From positions 3,040,001-3,104,000 of the forward strand of contig OY769902.1 of NCBI GenBank assembly GCA_963669175.1: DNA of 64,000 nucleotides, in the 5' to 3' direction. A model generated the notes under the pieces. The model searched no databases. It was given only the letters and a program-made list of their open reading frames with translations, and was not told the DNA's origin. The translations under genes and the position numbers were made by a program. Origin of the DNA: a bacterium. Its GTDB lineage: Bacteria; Electryoneota; Electryoneia; Electryoneales; Electryoneaceae. Below, in pieces: positions 19,428 to 29,367 of the stretch. Within the stretch, counting starts at the first letter, position 1. The number at the start of each line of letters is the position of its first letter.

Positions 19428-20212
19428 AAAAACCTGACTGCAAGAAAGCGTTGCAACTTGTTGTGTTGGTTTTTATTGCCGGAATGGTATTCATTTCGGG
19501 AAATGTTTTTGCCCGGGAGTATCCGAAACCGGATGGCCTGGTGAATGATTTCTCCGGGATCATGAGCGCACGCGAACAGAGCCGTCTTGAGGCGTTGTGC
19601 CAGGAAGCCAGCCGTAAAGCCAATATCCAGATCGCCATTGTGACCATGGACGAGATACCGGAAGGTCAGGATATTTCAGCCTACGCGGTTGAGTTGGCAC
19701 ATGCGTGGGGAATCGGACGCAAGGGCGAAGATCGTGGCTGCCTGATCCTGTTCAAAACCACACAGCGTAGAAATATCTATCTCGCAACGGGATATGGTCT
19801 TGAGGGGGATATCAACGACGCCAAAGCCGGACGTATCCTGGACCAGGTGACCATTCCCCTTATCAAACAGAACCGGATGTTGGAAGCCTTTGCCGGAACT
19901 GTTTCGACCATTGTCAATATTGTTGAGCCCGATGTTACACTGACTGGTGCGCCAGCGCCTCGTCAGGTACGTGCAGGGGATGATGAGTTGACGCCGAGCA
20001 AGATAATCGGTTTGATCATCATGATCATCATCTTCCTCATCATGTCACGTTCGCCGCTTGGCCGATCCATGTTGTTCGGCATGCTGCTTGGTTCGATGAT
20101 GGGCGGACGTCGCGGTGGCTGGGGCGGCGGTGGCGGAGGTTTTGGCGGTGGATTCGGCGGTTTTGGCGGTGGTGGTTTTGGCGGCGGAGGAGCCGGACGA
20201 GGAGGTTTCTGA
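19424..20212 (+). CDS. TPM (YgcG-like) domain membrane protein
   Basis: VNDFSGI, WGIG, TGYGLEG, TM helix, Gly-rich tail. Confidence 0.9.
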   Translation: MKKPDCKKALQLVVLVFIAGMVFISGNVFAREYPKPDGLVNDFSGIMSAREQSRLEALCQEASRKANIQIAIVTMDEIPEGQDISAYAVELAHAWGIGRKGEDRGCLILFKTTQRRNIYLATGYGLEGDINDAKAGRILDQVTIPLIKQNRMLEAFAGTVSTIVNIVEPDVTLTGAPAPRQVRAGDDELTPSKIIGLIIMIIIFLIMSRSPLGRSMLFGMLLGSMMGGRRGGWGGGGGGFGGGFGGFGGGGFGGGGAGRGGF

Positions 20213-20215
20213 TTC

Positions 20216-20941
20216 ATGGATAGCGCACTGAAAAGCAAAATAGATAATATGGTGCAGGTATGGAAATCGTACTGGGGGGAAAACCTCGAGGCGGTTTACC
20301 TGTATGGTTCGACAGCACGTGATGAACATGCCGGAAAATCCAGCGACATTAACCTGATGTTGCAGGTGAAATCCGGAGAACTTTACGACCGTTGGCCGGA
20401 AGCTTCTACCATTGCAGGGCGCTGGTTTAAAAAAGGCTTCGCTATTCCGCTGGTGATGTCGAAAGGATATATCACAAGTACTGTAGATGTATTCCCGATT
20501 GAATTTCTGGATATGAAGCTTTTCCATGAGACGCTGCATGGTTCCGATCTTCTGTCCGAATTGAACTTTGAGAACGAACACCTGCGAATTCAGGTGGAGC
20601 GTGAAGTAAAAGGCAAATGGGTGCAGCTCAGGCAGGCCGCGCTGGAGCGTGGTGGAAATACGACGGACATGCGGAACCTGCTGGCGATGAGTGTCCCGAC
20701 CTGGGTTGCAGTATCCCAGGCGCTTTTGGTGATAAACGGAAAAGAAGTGCCCCGGGCCAAACGTGAAGTCCTGAAGCAGGGAGCAGGGCTGGCCGGTGTG
20801 AATGCGGATACATTCCTGAAGCTGGAAGAGATGCGACGGGAACGAAAAGCGATGAACCGGAACGCTGCCTGGGAACTGTTGCTTGAAACGCTGAAGCATG
20901 TGGATATGCTTGCGAAGTATGCGGATCAGTTGGGAGGCTGA
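20216..20941 (+). CDS. Pol-beta-type nucleotidyltransferase-domain protein
   Basis: LYGS...SDINL, DVFPIEFLDM, LHGSD; helical C-terminal half. Confidence 0.75.
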   Translation: MDSALKSKIDNMVQVWKSYWGENLEAVYLYGSTARDEHAGKSSDINLMLQVKSGELYDRWPEASTIAGRWFKKGFAIPLVMSKGYITSTVDVFPIEFLDMKLFHETLHGSDLLSELNFENEHLRIQVEREVKGKWVQLRQAALERGGNTTDMRNLLAMSVPTWVAVSQALLVINGKEVPRAKREVLKQGAGLAGVNADTFLKLEEMRRERKAMNRNAAWELLLETLKHVDMLAKYADQLGG

Positions 20942-20980
20942 TCTGCTGTTGCTGAACAGTCGACAAGTGTGGGGTGAACT

Positions 20981-21544
20981 GTGAAGAAAATATGGATTAT
21001 CCTTGGTGTTGTCCTGGTTGTCATTTTTATCATTGGCGGCTGGGTTTTCGGTAACTACAACTCCATTGTTGCATTGGATGAAGAGGTGTCCAATTCCTGG
21101 GCAAATGTGCAGAGCGCCTACCAGCGCCGCATGGATCTGATTCCCAACCTGGTGAACACGGTCAAGGGCTATGCTGAGCATGAAGAAGGCGTATTGACTG
21201 CGGTAACCGAAGCTCGTGCCAAAGCTGGCGGCGCGGGGACGGTCCCGGAACAGATGGCTGCCCAGAACGAACTGAGTTCTGCATTGTCACGGTTGATGGT
21301 CGTGGTCGAAGCGTACCCTGACCTGAAAGCCAACCAGAATTTTACTGCCTTGCAGGATGAGCTTGCCGGAACGGAAAACCGGATCAATGTCGCACGTAAC
21401 CGTTACAATGAAACGGTGAAGGTGTACAACAAGAAGATTCGCCAGTTCCCCGGGGCGTTATTCGCGGGGATGTTCGGTTTTGAGAAGCGCGATTTTTTCG
21501 AAGCGCCGAAGGAAGCGGCGCAGGCTCCAAAGGTGGAATTCTAG
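20981..21544 (+). CDS. lemA: LemA family protein
   Basis: QRRMDLIPNLV, YPDLKANQNF, ENRI. Confidence 0.95.
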   Translation: MKKIWIILGVVLVVIFIIGGWVFGNYNSIVALDEEVSNSWANVQSAYQRRMDLIPNLVNTVKGYAEHEEGVLTAVTEARAKAGGAGTVPEQMAAQNELSSALSRLMVVVEAYPDLKANQNFTALQDELAGTENRINVARNRYNETVKVYNKKIRQFPGALFAGMFGFEKRDFFEAPKEAAQAPKVEF

Positions 21545-21545
21545 C

Positions 21546-22331
21546 ATGACGGCGTGCAAACCAAGCGGCATTGTAACTTTTACAACGGATTTCGGTCTGA
21601 CAGATGATTATGTCGGACTTTTGCATGGCGCTGTTTACATTGTTGATCCAAGTGTTCATATTGTAAACCTGTGCCATAACCTGGTTCCTGGTGAGATTCA
21701 CGCAGCGGCTTTTCTATTGCTGCATGACCATAATCAATTCCCGACCGGAACAGTGCATGTGGCTGTTGTCGATCCGGGAGTAGGCTCACATCGTGAGATC
21801 CTTGCAGCACGAATAGGCGACCATATGTTCCTGGCGCCGAATAATGGTCTGTTGCATCCCTTGCTGGAGCGTGGACCAGTTCATGAAGTGCGCAAGGTGA
21901 CCAATGAAGATCTGTTCCGTAAACCCATATCAAACACATTCCATGGACGTGACATTTTCGCTCCGGTAGCCGCACGCCTGGCGACCGGGATGCCCCTGAG
22001 CGAAGTTGGCCCGGAAATGACTGAATGGCATAAGATTACCCAGGTGCATCCTGAAATGGAAGCCAACGGGTACATCGGACGTGTGATGCTGGTTGACCGT
22101 TTTGGCAACCTGATCACCAATCTGCCGCCTGAAGCACTGGTAGATCATACGATACAGATCGCCGGTACTCGCCCACGCGTGGTCGATACCTTCTCCCAGG
22201 GAAATCCCGGGGAAACGATCTGTCTCGTTGGCAGCAAGCAGACGGTTGAAGTGGTTATTAATGGAGGTGATGCAGCGAAGATTTTGGGATTGGGAGTGGG
22301 TACGGCAATTCGGGCGCTTTCGCATGCGTAA
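21546..22331 (+). CDS. SAM hydrolase / chlorinase-fluorinase (DUF62) family
   Basis: TTDFG, VVDPGVG, TFHGRDIF, DRFGN. Confidence 0.92.
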   Translation: MTACKPSGIVTFTTDFGLTDDYVGLLHGAVYIVDPSVHIVNLCHNLVPGEIHAAAFLLLHDHNQFPTGTVHVAVVDPGVGSHREILAARIGDHMFLAPNNGLLHPLLERGPVHEVRKVTNEDLFRKPISNTFHGRDIFAPVAARLATGMPLSEVGPEMTEWHKITQVHPEMEANGYIGRVMLVDRFGNLITNLPPEALVDHTIQIAGTRPRVVDTFSQGNPGETICLVGSKQTVEVVINGGDAAKILGLGVGTAIRALSHA

Positions 22332-22396
22332 AAGCGCTGGTGGTTCATTTGGGTGAAATGAACCGCTCGTTCGTTCCAGAAAACTGAGGCAGAACT

Positions 22397-23800
22397 ATGG
22401 GTCATCGGTTGCGGTTGGACATAACGCGCATGTTATCCGATGTCGTGGGAATAGAACATGGCATTACCCTGGATGACATTGAGGCGGCCTGGCCCAAAGC
22501 TGAAGCGATATTACAGGGGCTTGAAGCCAGGCATGGAGCTGGCGATATGCCCCTTTTTGATTTGCCGGACAGCACGGACGTGGTGGATAAAATCCTTGAC
22601 TTTGCTGAAAAGGCAAAGGGGAAATTCCGGAATGTCGTCGTGCTTGGCATTGGCGGATCCTCCTCGGCAGGAACCGCGCTTCAATCAGCTCTGAAACCTC
22701 AGCTCTGGAATCAGCTTCCCGATGAGAAGCGCGATGGTTTGCGCTTGTTCGTGCCGGATAATTCTGACCCGGAATTGTTGCATGCCGTGATGGAGGTCTG
22801 TCCTCCTGAGGAAACCCTTTATTGTGTGATCACCAAGTCAGGCCGGACGGCCGAGACAATGGCCTCGTTCTTTGCCGTGTTGACACCGTTGAAAGAAGCG
22901 CTCAAGGATCAGTACACTTCCCATTTGGTGTTCATCACAGATCCATCGAAAGGGAATCTGCGCCAGATCGCACGAAGCGAAGGCATTCGTTCATTCAATA
23001 TCCCGGCCGGTGTCGGGGGACGTTTTTCCGTATTCACACCGGTTGGATTGCTTCCGGCCGCGCTTGTCGGAATCGATATCTCGCAGGTGCTTGAGGGCGC
23101 CTTACTGCAACGCGAGAAATGCTTCAACCGCGATTTGCAGGCCAATCCGGCTGCCGTGTACGCTTTGTTGCAGTACCTGGCGCATACCGAACGTGAAAAA
23201 CATATCCATGTCATGATGCCTTATGCCAACGCGCTGAAGCCGGTCGCAGACTGGTTCAAGCAGCTTTGGGCTGAGTCGCTGGGCAAGAAATTCAACATGA
23301 AGCATGAAGCGGTGTTCTGCGGACCAACCCCGTTGGCGGCGCTCGGAGCTACCGATCAGCACAGCCAGGTACAGCTTTATGTGGAAGGCCCGCATGACAA
23401 GACGTTCACCTTCATCTTCCCGGGCGAATATCGCAAGGAAGTGAAAATCGGACGTCATTATCATGACATTGAGACAACTGAATATTTGGCGGATAAGACG
23501 TTGGGACGGTTGTTGGTGGCGGAAGCGGAGGCTACACAGCATGCTCTAACGGCGGCCCATCGTCCTAATATGGCGATCAAGCTGGATGAGGTATCGCCTT
23601 CGACCATCGGGCAGCTCATGTTTATGCTGGAAGTGTCAGCGTTGGTCGCCGGTGGATTGTATGAAGTGAATCCGCTTGACCAACCCGGCGTTGAAGCGGG
23701 AAAAGTGGCTACCTATGCCTTGATGGGACGTTCAGGATATGAGGATATCCTGGCGGAGATAGAAAAGGAACGTTCACGCAACCCGGTTATCATCGAGTAG
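22397..23800 (+). CDS. pgi: Glucose-6-phosphate isomerase
   Basis: GIGGS, KSG.T.ET, GGRFSV, QLWAESLGK, DQHSQVQ, DQPGVEAGK. Confidence 0.93.
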   Translation: MGHRLRLDITRMLSDVVGIEHGITLDDIEAAWPKAEAILQGLEARHGAGDMPLFDLPDSTDVVDKILDFAEKAKGKFRNVVVLGIGGSSSAGTALQSALKPQLWNQLPDEKRDGLRLFVPDNSDPELLHAVMEVCPPEETLYCVITKSGRTAETMASFFAVLTPLKEALKDQYTSHLVFITDPSKGNLRQIARSEGIRSFNIPAGVGGRFSVFTPVGLLPAALVGIDISQVLEGALLQREKCFNRDLQANPAAVYALLQYLAHTEREKHIHVMMPYANALKPVADWFKQLWAESLGKKFNMKHEAVFCGPTPLAALGATDQHSQVQLYVEGPHDKTFTFIFPGEYRKEVKIGRHYHDIETTEYLADKTLGRLLVAEAEATQHALTAAHRPNMAIKLDEVSPSTIGQLMFMLEVSALVAGGLYEVNPLDQPGVEAGKVATYALMGRSGYEDILAEIEKERSRNPVIIE

Positions 23801-23825
23801 GAGACCTGGCAAACAGGGGGAGACG

Positions 23826-24908
23826 ATGGCAACGACCGAGGTGTTTGCAGCAGGGAGTATGCTTCCGGAGGAGCAGGATGGACATCCGGTCCTTTACCTG
23901 ATCCTGGAAGGTGTGGTGCATCTGAAGCGAAAAAAATCAGATAGCCCGGGGTTCATTACTGTCCTGGTGCCTGGTGAAATCGTATACGCAGAACGAATCA
24001 AGAGTAAAAACAGCCTGGGAATTGATGCCGTTGCGCAGGATGACTGTAAGGTCAGGACCATACGTCTGGATGAACTGGATGTAGCCTTTGAAGAATCTCC
24101 GGACTGGATGCAGGACTGGATACAACGCCGTCTGACTATTGGCGGGCCTTTTTGTGTACGGAGTACGACAGCTCAGAGCAGGTTATACAGCATCAGTTCA
24201 ACCCTGCTGGCGTTGATGACAGCGTATAATACAGCCGGTGAGCAGGAGACGATCCTGAAATGCACCATGCCTGATATTGTAGAAGAGATGGGGAAAATCC
24301 TTGCCCCGATGATGGTAACTGTTCAAACCCTGCTGAAACAGTTTTCTTTCGTTGGATTGATTGATGTTCATGAAGGCGATTTATTGAATCCTACCGTGGT
24401 TATCCGGGACAGCAACCTGTTCAGGGGATACCTGCTGTATTTGCAGGTCTCGGCAGGATTGCCGGCCGGGGTGATGAAATACGAGAACAAGCTTCCCAAT
24501 GTCCAACTGAGCGCAAGCGCGAATACACTTCTGGACGCTATCATGGTTCACCCGGATTATGCCGGGAGATTGTTTGAACCGGATCGGTCCATTGTTCACC
24601 TTTCAGAAGCAAACCTGCAAAAGCTTTTCAAGCAGGCCGGTGGCGAAGAAGAGCTGTCCATGAATCAACTGGCGATCAAGGAACTGCAGCAGTTTGGTGT
24701 GTTACGTGTGTTAAAGGACTCACAGAAGCATACGGTATTTATCAATTTGCGGAATGCGTTACGTCTGAACCTTCAGCGTTCCGTAGACGAGAGCTTTCAT
24801 GATATTACCGAATTCCTTTGTGATCACATTGTTGAGTTGTTAGACCAGCGATCCGCATGTACCGACAGTGGCGCAGACAAGTTCGAGGAGACGAAGTACA
24901 TAGTATGA
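23826..24908 (+). CDS. cNMP-binding (Crp/Fnr-like) domain protein with extended C-terminus
   Basis: LYLILEGVV, PGEI, AVAQDDCKV fit a cNMP beta-barrel; HTH-like middle region. Confidence 0.6.
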   Translation: MATTEVFAAGSMLPEEQDGHPVLYLILEGVVHLKRKKSDSPGFITVLVPGEIVYAERIKSKNSLGIDAVAQDDCKVRTIRLDELDVAFEESPDWMQDWIQRRLTIGGPFCVRSTTAQSRLYSISSTLLALMTAYNTAGEQETILKCTMPDIVEEMGKILAPMMVTVQTLLKQFSFVGLIDVHEGDLLNPTVVIRDSNLFRGYLLYLQVSAGLPAGVMKYENKLPNVQLSASANTLLDAIMVHPDYAGRLFEPDRSIVHLSEANLQKLFKQAGGEEELSMNQLAIKELQQFGVLRVLKDSQKHTVFINLRNALRLNLQRSVDESFHDITEFLCDHIVELLDQRSACTDSGADKFEETKYIV

Positions 24909-26311
24909 GTGCGGAACAGATAAAGGAATTTTGCGGCGTCATGGGAGTCTGGGGTGACGACAACGCCGCTGAGATGGTGTTTCACGGGTTGTATTCACTT
25001 CAACATCGTGGCCAGGAATCGGCCGGGATTGTTGCATCGGATGGAAAGAACTTCCGTCATCGCCTCGGCATGGGAGTGCTTACAACCGTCTTCAATACAC
25101 CTGAGAAGATTCACGAGTTAGAAGGGCGTGCGGCTATCGGTCATACCCGGTATTCAACAACCGGCAGCTCGAGCCCCTTCAACATTCAGCCATTCTCTGT
25201 CATGCTGAGCGATGGACCGGTGGCGCTGGCACACAATGGAAACCTGGTGAACACCGGTCCTATCCATGACCGGCTTCAGGAACACGGCGCGATCTTCCAG
25301 AGCACAACTGACAGTGAAATCGTGATTCACCTGATGGCTCATTCCCATGAAAAGGGATTGACCAACAAGCTGATCGATGCGGTGAAGCAAGTTCAGGGCG
25401 CGTTCTCCATGGTCATGTTGACACGTGATGCCATGTATGCCATACGTGACCCGCATGGTTTCCGTCCCCTGTGCATCGGTGAGAAAAATGGTTCCATCGT
25501 GTTTGTCTCCGAATCCTGCGCGCTGGACTTGCTGGGATACGAATACGTACGGGATGTGGAACCCGGTGAGATTGTTGTTGCGGATAAGGATGGCTGGCGT
25601 GGCATCCGGTATGCTGATGAGATCGAACGCCATCACTGCATTTTCGAACTGATTTATTTCTCGCGCCCGGATAGCCGGATCTTCGGTGAATATGTCGATA
25701 AAAGCCGACGGAAAATGGGCAAGCAGCTTTATCGTGACCATCCGGCCGATGCTGATATTGTTATTTCCGTTCCCGACAGTTCCAATACTGCGGCCCTAGG
25801 CTACAGCCTTGAAAGCGGACTGCGGTTCGAGCTGGGATTGATTCGTAACCACTACGTAGGCCGTACCTTCATTCAGCCAACCCCGGCTATGCGTGAGATG
25901 GGTGTAAAGCTGAAATTCAACGCAGTCGGTGGGGTGTTGAAAGACAAGCGGGTAGTGGTAGTCGAGGACAGTATTGTGCGAGGCACTACCCTGCGCAAGC
26001 TTGCAGATTTGCTTCGCGCGCATGGCGCCAAAGAGGTGCATGTTCGGGTTTCATCGCCTCCGATCCGCTTCCCTTGTTATTATGGGATGGATTTCCCGAC
26101 TCGCGAAGAGCTGATCGCCCATGAACGCACAGTGGAAGACATACGCGAGCTTATCCATGTGGATACACTCGGCTACCTGTCGGTAGATGGTCTTCTGGAG
26201 AGTGTGCGTCGGAGTGAAGGCCAGGGATATTGTACGGCGTGTTTCACCGGAAATTATCCTGTGCCCATTGAAGAAGACCAGATGAACGGCAAAAGCCGTC
26301 ACGAGTGCTGA
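24905..26311 (+). CDS. purF: Amidophosphoribosyltransferase
   Basis: Propeptide plus CG, QHRGQESAG, GHTRYST, DSIVRGTT, Fe-S cysteines. Confidence 0.97.
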   Translation: MSAEQIKEFCGVMGVWGDDNAAEMVFHGLYSLQHRGQESAGIVASDGKNFRHRLGMGVLTTVFNTPEKIHELEGRAAIGHTRYSTTGSSSPFNIQPFSVMLSDGPVALAHNGNLVNTGPIHDRLQEHGAIFQSTTDSEIVIHLMAHSHEKGLTNKLIDAVKQVQGAFSMVMLTRDAMYAIRDPHGFRPLCIGEKNGSIVFVSESCALDLLGYEYVRDVEPGEIVVADKDGWRGIRYADEIERHHCIFELIYFSRPDSRIFGEYVDKSRRKMGKQLYRDHPADADIVISVPDSSNTAALGYSLESGLRFELGLIRNHYVGRTFIQPTPAMREMGVKLKFNAVGGVLKDKRVVVVEDSIVRGTTLRKLADLLRAHGAKEVHVRVSSPPIRFPCYYGMDFPTREELIAHERTVEDIRELIHVDTLGYLSVDGLLESVRRSEGQGYCTACFTGNYPVPIEEDQMNGKSRHEC

Positions 26312-26317
26312 CGGATC

Positions 26318-27259
26318 ATGCAGCCGAGACCACAGCAGTGGAGCGCCTGGACGATTCCCGATGCGTTTTTCGCGCTGAGACCGGTGTTGTGGTTTCCCGT
26401 TTGGACGGTAATCCTTGCAGGCACACGTGGTGAAGGCCTTTTTAAGGAATCCGGCTTGAGCGGTTGGCTGGTCGGTATCAGCCTGTCGCTGTTCATGGGG
26501 GCGGTATACCTCCAGAACCAGGTCAAAGACTTCGATACGGATAGAATAAACCGGAAACTGCCTTATTTGCACCGAGGGGCAGTATCGTTACGATTAGCGA
26601 ACTTTCTTTTTTATGGGCTGCTGCTGGTCAGCAGCCTTTTGCTCTTTGCAGCCGGTTACTGGATCCTGTTACTGATCGCAGCAGGCTTGGTTGTTGTAAC
26701 TGCGTTTCTCTACAACCTTGGAAAAATGGCACAGAAGAATAACGCACTTGGCAGTGTGCTGGTAACCGTAATTGCCGGTGCCGGACTATGGATACTGGGG
26801 CATTACCTGTCCGGAACGGAGCAGTTTCACTGGAGCAGCCCGACGGTTTACGGACTGGCGTTTGGTGCCGTGGGAATTCTGACCGGTATCCCGGATGAAG
26901 CGGGGGATAGGCGGACAGGCAAGCAGACGCTGGCGGTTGTGCTTGGGGCAAGGCGGGCCGCATGGATTGCAAGTTTTATATTGCTGAATGCCCTGGCGCT
27001 GGCTGTGCTTTTCAGTGACCTTGTCATGGCCATCTGCGCCGGAATTTCGTTGCCTTTATTCATATGGGCTGCGTTGTCCGGAAATCGGACTGCGGTTTTT
27101 GCTGCGATCAAGGGATCGGTCTTTCTACTGTCCATTTTGATTGCGATATTCTGGTATCCTGTTTATCTGATCTGGATTTTTGGGATCTTTGCGATAGCAA
27201 GGTTGTATCACAAGTACCGATTTAACCTTGCGTATCCTTCTTTTTCCTTGATGGATTGA
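26318..27259 (+). CDS. UbiA-family prenyltransferase
   Basis: NQVKDFDTDRINR and IPDEAGDRRTGKQTL Asp-rich motifs; multi-TM. Confidence 0.88.
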   Translation: MQPRPQQWSAWTIPDAFFALRPVLWFPVWTVILAGTRGEGLFKESGLSGWLVGISLSLFMGAVYLQNQVKDFDTDRINRKLPYLHRGAVSLRLANFLFYGLLLVSSLLLFAAGYWILLLIAAGLVVVTAFLYNLGKMAQKNNALGSVLVTVIAGAGLWILGHYLSGTEQFHWSSPTVYGLAFGAVGILTGIPDEAGDRRTGKQTLAVVLGARRAAWIASFILLNALALAVLFSDLVMAICAGISLPLFIWAALSGNRTAVFAAIKGSVFLLSILIAIFWYPVYLIWIFGIFAIARLYHKYRFNLAYPSFSLMD

Positions 27260-27266
27260 CAAGCTA

Positions 27267-27941
27267 ATGGGGAACAGGTTACCAAAAGAAGAACGCCGCC
27301 GTATTTCGCAGGCGGAGCGTCGCGCACGGTCTCACTTCAAGGGAGTCCGGCTCCGGGATATCTTTTTGCTTCCCAATTTGATCAGTGTGTCACGTTTCCT
27401 GTTTGCGTTACCGGCAATCTACCTGATCCTGTTTCACAGTTCGCCACGCAATGACCTGATCGCGGCAGCTCTGGTCGGGGCATCCCTGCTGACTGATGTG
27501 CTGGATGGTTTTGTTGCTCGCACCTTCAACATGATCAGCGACCTGGGCAAGATGCTGGACCCGGTAACTGACAAGGTGATTGTATTCCTGATAGCGGTAG
27601 CGCTGGCATTTGGTGATCGTGCGCCTTTATTGCCGGTCTGGTTGCTGGGCTTGATCATCATCAGGGATCTGGTCATCCTGATGCTGGCGGTTCGAGTGTT
27701 GCAGGAAGATAAGCACCTGTTCACCAGCAGTTGGTCAGGCAAAACGGTTACTTTTTTCCTCGGTGTAACCTTGCTGTTATACCTGCTGGCCTATTGGATG
27801 CCGGATTGGGTGACCGGGTACATTCAGTGGGCTCCCCGCATCGCTGCCGGATTGATCCTGCTTAATGCGGTAGATTACTTTGAGAAGTACTGGAGTGTTC
27901 GACATAAGCGGTACCTTGGAACAAACGAAAGATCTGAGTAA
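27267..27941 (+). CDS. CDP-alcohol phosphatidyltransferase (PgsA-like)
   Basis: PNLISVSR, TDVLDGFVAR...GKMLDPVTDK. Confidence 0.9.
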   Translation: MGNRLPKEERRRISQAERRARSHFKGVRLRDIFLLPNLISVSRFLFALPAIYLILFHSSPRNDLIAAALVGASLLTDVLDGFVARTFNMISDLGKMLDPVTDKVIVFLIAVALAFGDRAPLLPVWLLGLIIIRDLVILMLAVRVLQEDKHLFTSSWSGKTVTFFLGVTLLLYLLAYWMPDWVTGYIQWAPRIAAGLILLNAVDYFEKYWSVRHKRYLGTNERSE

Positions 27942-27945
27942 AACC

Positions 27946-29367
27946 ATGAGTTTACAGTTTTTCGATACACGCAAACGACAGAAACTTCCTTTTGAACCTA
28001 TCAATCCCGGTGAAGTTCGGATGTACAATTGCGGCCCGACAGTACATGATTTTGCCCATGTCGGGAATTTTCGCGCCTATGTGTTTGCGGATATGTTGCG
28101 CAGATGGCTTGAAGTGAGCGGTTTTACAGTCACACAAATTATGAATATCACCGACGTGGACGACAAGACCATCCGCAAATCGCAGGAACAGAAACGCTCT
28201 CTTAACGACTATACTGAAGCCTATACAACTGCGTTCTTTGATGACCTGGAGAAGCTGAACATCCAGCGGGCAGCGCTGTATCCGCGCGCTACCGAGCATG
28301 TCGCCGAGATGGTCGAGCTGATCAAGCAATTGATGGATCGTGGACACGCCTATCGCGCTGATGATGGCTCCATTTACTTCAGGGTTGAGTCGTACCCGGA
28401 ATATGGCCTGCTTTCCGGGAAACGATTGGATGATCTGCGTATCGGCGAACGTGTATCCAACGACGAATATGAGTCCAAGGATGACGTTCGTGACTTCGCC
28501 TTGTGGAAAGCATGGGATGAAGCGGATGGCGACGTCTACTGGGATACCGACCTGGGGAAGGGACGTCCGGGCTGGCATATCGAATGCTCCGCCATGTCCA
28601 GCAAATACCTTGGGCCGGAGTTCGATATTCATACCGGCGGTGTGGACAACATCTTCCCGCATCATGAGAATGAAATCGCGCAAAGCCGTTGCGGTACCGG
28701 CGCTGAATTTGCCCATCGCTGGATGCACTGCGAATACCTGCTGGTCGAAAATAAAAAGATGAGCAAGTCACTGGGGAATTTCTTCACCCTTCGTGATTTG
28801 TTGGAGCAGGGATATAAAGCGCGTGAAATCCGGTATATGCTGGCTTCGACACATTACCGCAGCAAATTGAATTTTACCATGGAAGGCTTGAAGGGTGCTA
28901 GGAAATCGCTGCAACGTCTGGATGAGTTTAAAGCGAGCTGGGAGAACTTCCCGGCCGGTGAACCGTCGTTCGAGATTGGTGAGGCTATTGACCGCGCCGA
29001 GGCTACCTTTGACTCGGCGATGAATGATGATCTGAATGTGAGCCAGGCGCTGGCGGCTGTGTATTCGCTGGTCAGGGTTATCAATTCACTTGCTGCCGAG
29101 AATCTTGCGACCAGCAGTGATCGCGCCAAACTGGAAGGCTTGTGGGATAAATGGGATCATGCACTTGGCTTCATGATGCCGCTGGCGGATGAGATGGAAG
29201 AATCAGAGGTTGATGAGGACTTTATTCAAGCGCAGATCGAGGCTCGTTTACAGGCACGCAAGGAAAAGAACTGGGCGGAAGCTGACAGAATCCGGGATGA
29301 GCTGGCCGAGAAGGGCATCCAGTTGAAGGACGGGCCGGGTGGCACTACATGGGAAATCATACGATGA
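27946..29367 (+). CDS. cysS: Cysteinyl-tRNA synthetase
   Basis: CGPTV, HVGN, GRPGWHIECS, FPHHENE, KMSKS. Confidence 0.97.
   Translation: MSLQFFDTRKRQKLPFEPINPGEVRMYNCGPTVHDFAHVGNFRAYVFADMLRRWLEVSGFTVTQIMNITDVDDKTIRKSQEQKRSLNDYTEAYTTAFFDDLEKLNIQRAALYPRATEHVAEMVELIKQLMDRGHAYRADDGSIYFRVESYPEYGLLSGKRLDDLRIGERVSNDEYESKDDVRDFALWKAWDEADGDVYWDTDLGKGRPGWHIECSAMSSKYLGPEFDIHTGGVDNIFPHHENEIAQSRCGTGAEFAHRWMHCEYLLVENKKMSKSLGNFFTLRDLLEQGYKAREIRYMLASTHYRSKLNFTMEGLKGARKSLQRLDEFKASWENFPAGEPSFEIGEAIDRAEATFDSAMNDDLNVSQALAAVYSLVRVINSLAAENLATSSDRAKLEGLWDKWDHALGFMMPLADEMEESEVDEDFIQAQIEARLQARKEKNWAEADRIRDELAEKGIQLKDGPGGTTWEIIR

Noticed and set aside
20101-20208. GGC/GGT tandem repeat
   Set aside because: Encodes the normal Gly-rich tail of TPM proteins.
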